A stretch of 48,466 nt of DNA from a virus (taxonomy: Duplodnaviria > Caudoviricetes): positions 1-48,466 of IMG/VR virus record IMGVR_UViG_3300020045_003608; one strand, written 5' to 3'. Positions 46,935 to 48,466 of the stretch are shown here, in pieces. Below the pieces are notes generated by a model, which saw nothing but the letters and a program-made list of their open reading frames with translations, ran no database searches and was not told where the DNA came from. Position numbers and translations under genes: made by a program. Within the stretch, counting starts at the first letter, position 1. Each line of letters starts with the position of its first letter.

Positions 46935-47926
46935 TTTATGTAGTAATCGTGAACGTCTTGTATAGGTATTAACCAAGGTTGTCGTCCTTGATAACCAGTC
47001 CCAACATACGCATTAGGATAATCTTTATTTTTAATTCTTTTTATAACTGTCATTTTGGTAACACCTATCATTTTACAAATGTCATCCGTTCTTAAAATAA
47101 CTCCTTCGTCAAACATATCAATGTTGTCGCTATAAATTGGAAATTCTTTGCTCAATTGATTGTTTTTATTTGCAATAGTAACTTTCTCAACCCATTCGTC
47201 AGTTAACTCTCTACCTTTAAATCGTTCAGATTGTGACAATTTAAATTCGTCAGTGCGTTTAGTACCTAAACTAGCAACCCTACTTTTTGCTGCCCATTCG
47301 GGATGTTGAGGTACTCCAGTCCTAGCTAATGCTGATTTGGCTATATTTTCAGGAGTCTGAAATCTACCGTCATAACGCAATCTACATACTTCAATAAATT
47401 CTTCTGTTGCAGGAGGTCTATTCTTCTGAGCTTCCGACATCTTCGCACGAGTTTCTTCGGAATGAGTATAACCTATCATTCTTTCAGCTCTTTTACGAAT
47501 AGCTAGAGGTGAGAATTTCTTACCTTTCATTCTAGCTTTTAATTTTTCAACCCATTCAGGTGACATCTTTCTACCTTTTCCCGCCGCACTGATTTTAGCT
47601 CTTGTTTCTTGAGAAGTTGCAAATTTATTACCACCCTCTCTAAGATTGTACCCGTTTGGAGTTATCGTATTTCTTTTTAAAATTTCTTCAGCTTCTAGCA
47701 AATTAGCTTCTGCTAGTGTTAGATTGTCATGTAGAGTCTCTTTTATTAGATTGTCCCAACCATATTTATTCACAAATACCCAAACTAAAGACTTTTTACA
47801 ATGACCTCTTTTATGCTCCTGCATCCTACGTTTAAAATCATTAGTTTGCCCAATATAACTCTTACCACTAGGTGACGTAATCATATAAATGCAATGTTTT
47901 CTTTCTTCTACCGCAACCACACTCAT
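46919..47926 (-). CDS. GIY-YIG homing endonuclease with NUMOD3 repeats and C-terminal HTH, inverted in the tail operon
   Basis: CIYMITSPSGKSYIGQT, KYGWDN, PNGYNLREGG; likely start MSVVAV after GGAGG; paralog of 28678-29514. Confidence 0.87.
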   Translation of the reverse strand: MSVVAVEERKHCIYMITSPSGKSYIGQTNDFKRRMQEHKRGHCKKSLVWVFVNKYGWDNLIKETLHDNLTLAEANLLEAEEILKRNTITPNGYNLREGGNKFATSQETRAKISAAGKGRKMSPEWVEKLKARMKGKKFSPLAIRKRAERMIGYTHSEETRAKMSEAQKNRPPATEEFIEVCRLRYDGRFQTPENIAKSALARTGVPQHPEWAAKSRVASLGTKRTDEFKLSQSERFKGRELTDEWVEKVTIANKNNQLSKEFPIYSDNIDMFDEGVILRTDDICKMIGVTKMTVIKRIKNKDYPNAYVGTGYQGRQPWLIPIQDVHDYYIKQSPE

Positions 47927-47968
47927 AATAACCTCCAAACCAACCACTTCATTCATACTATAAACTCC

Positions 47969-47997
47969 TTGACAAATCAATAAAATTGTGCAATACT
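47969..47997 (+). promoter_or_regulatory. sigma70-like promoter restarting the tail operon
   Basis: TTGACAAATCA...TGTGC-AATACT, 17-bp spacer. Confidence 0.6.
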
Positions 47998-48045
47998 ACT
48001 CTTTTTTAAAAACTAACTAACTAACCGTTAAAGGATTTACATATT

Positions 48046-48453
48046 ATGTCACAAGTATTATCATTTGCAAGTTTAAATTTAGTAGCTGCATCAGAAACAC
48101 CTTTTGAATTCGCATACCAAGACCCTGAGTCATTGGAAGACACCGCATTCATGATCAAAATTATCGGTGCAAATTCTAAAAAAATCGAAGATTTAGTCAA
48201 GTCAAACTACGATGCTAAAAATCGCATGGATGATTTGCAACGTAAAAAAGGCAAAACAGTTGACTCTGAGCCTGTTGATAAAGTCATTGAATTTGGTAAC
48301 AAAGTAGCAGCCGCTCGCGTTGTAGGTTGGTCTGGTTTAGACATTGAATTTACTCCTGAGAAAGCTCTTGAATTAGTTAAAATCAACCCTGCGTTTAAAG
48401 AACAGGTTTTAAAACAATCTGACAATATCGCTAACTTTATTCCTAAAGCATAA
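48046..48453 (+). CDS. tail assembly chaperone
   Basis: IKIIGANS, ARVVGWSG, FTPEKA..L...P...EQV...SD..ANF; follows the tail tube gene. Confidence 0.78.
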   Translation: MSQVLSFASLNLVAASETPFEFAYQDPESLEDTAFMIKIIGANSKKIEDLVKSNYDAKNRMDDLQRKKGKTVDSEPVDKVIEFGNKVAAARVVGWSGLDIEFTPEKALELVKINPAFKEQVLKQSDNIANFIPKA

Positions 48454-48466
48454 AGTCTTAATGTGA

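Noticed and set aside
5047-47926. Endonuclease genes as group I intron ORFs
   Set aside because: They lie between intact genes rather than interrupting one, and I could not find group I core elements.
5060-48425. Antisense or off-frame ORFs in the track (e.g. 5279-5623, 7512-7826, 20475-20771, 30298-30615, 35790-36104, 37069-37527, 42498-42821)
   Set aside because: They overlap well-supported genes on the opposite strand or frame and lack RBSs or recognisable motifs.
48420-48466. Programmed -1 frameshift at the end of the tail chaperone
   Set aside because: No canonical slippery heptamer, the -1 frame stops almost at once, and the window ends before it can be judged.
1-48466. Integrase, CI repressor, reverse transcriptase or DGR
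   Set aside because: No ORF shows recombinase, peptidase S24 or RT motifs in this window, so lifestyle cannot be assigned.

Overview
AT-rich segment of a tailed dsDNA (siphovirus-like) phage genome; the host is probably a proteobacterium, inferred only from regulatory motifs. The left arm (1-15061, minus strand) has small early/middle genes, an ATP-dependent DNA ligase, a Dda-like helicase, an NrS-1-type primase-polymerase/helicase and a displaced terminase small subunit. A non-coding, origin-like region follows (15.1-16.9 kb). Next come a BRO-N/Rha/KilA-N antirepressor-like cluster and a compositionally distinct early region (22.1-25.4 kb) with Fur-, sigma54- and boxA-like sites. The right arm has a metallophosphoesterase, tRNA-Asn, tRNA-Gln, an intein-containing large terminase, portal, scaffold, a Tad2-like gene, major capsid, head-tail genes, tail tube and tail chaperone. 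Seven homing-endonuclease-like genes are scattered through the window. The strongest unexplained signal is that ten accessory genes (5 endonucleases, 5 antirepressor-like) each have their own sigma70-type promoter and a 100-170 nt structured leader. In each leader a short sequence is complementary to a site covering the RBS or a terminator loop. The architecture is conserved in three classes while the pairing code differs between cassettes, suggesting a bank of orthogonal C4/CI-like RNA switches. Also notable are a catalytically dead duplicate of the terminase nuclease domain and a BRO-N protein fused to a copy of the primase C-terminal domain beside the putative origin. All calls come from reading the sequence by eye; no searches or folding programs were run.
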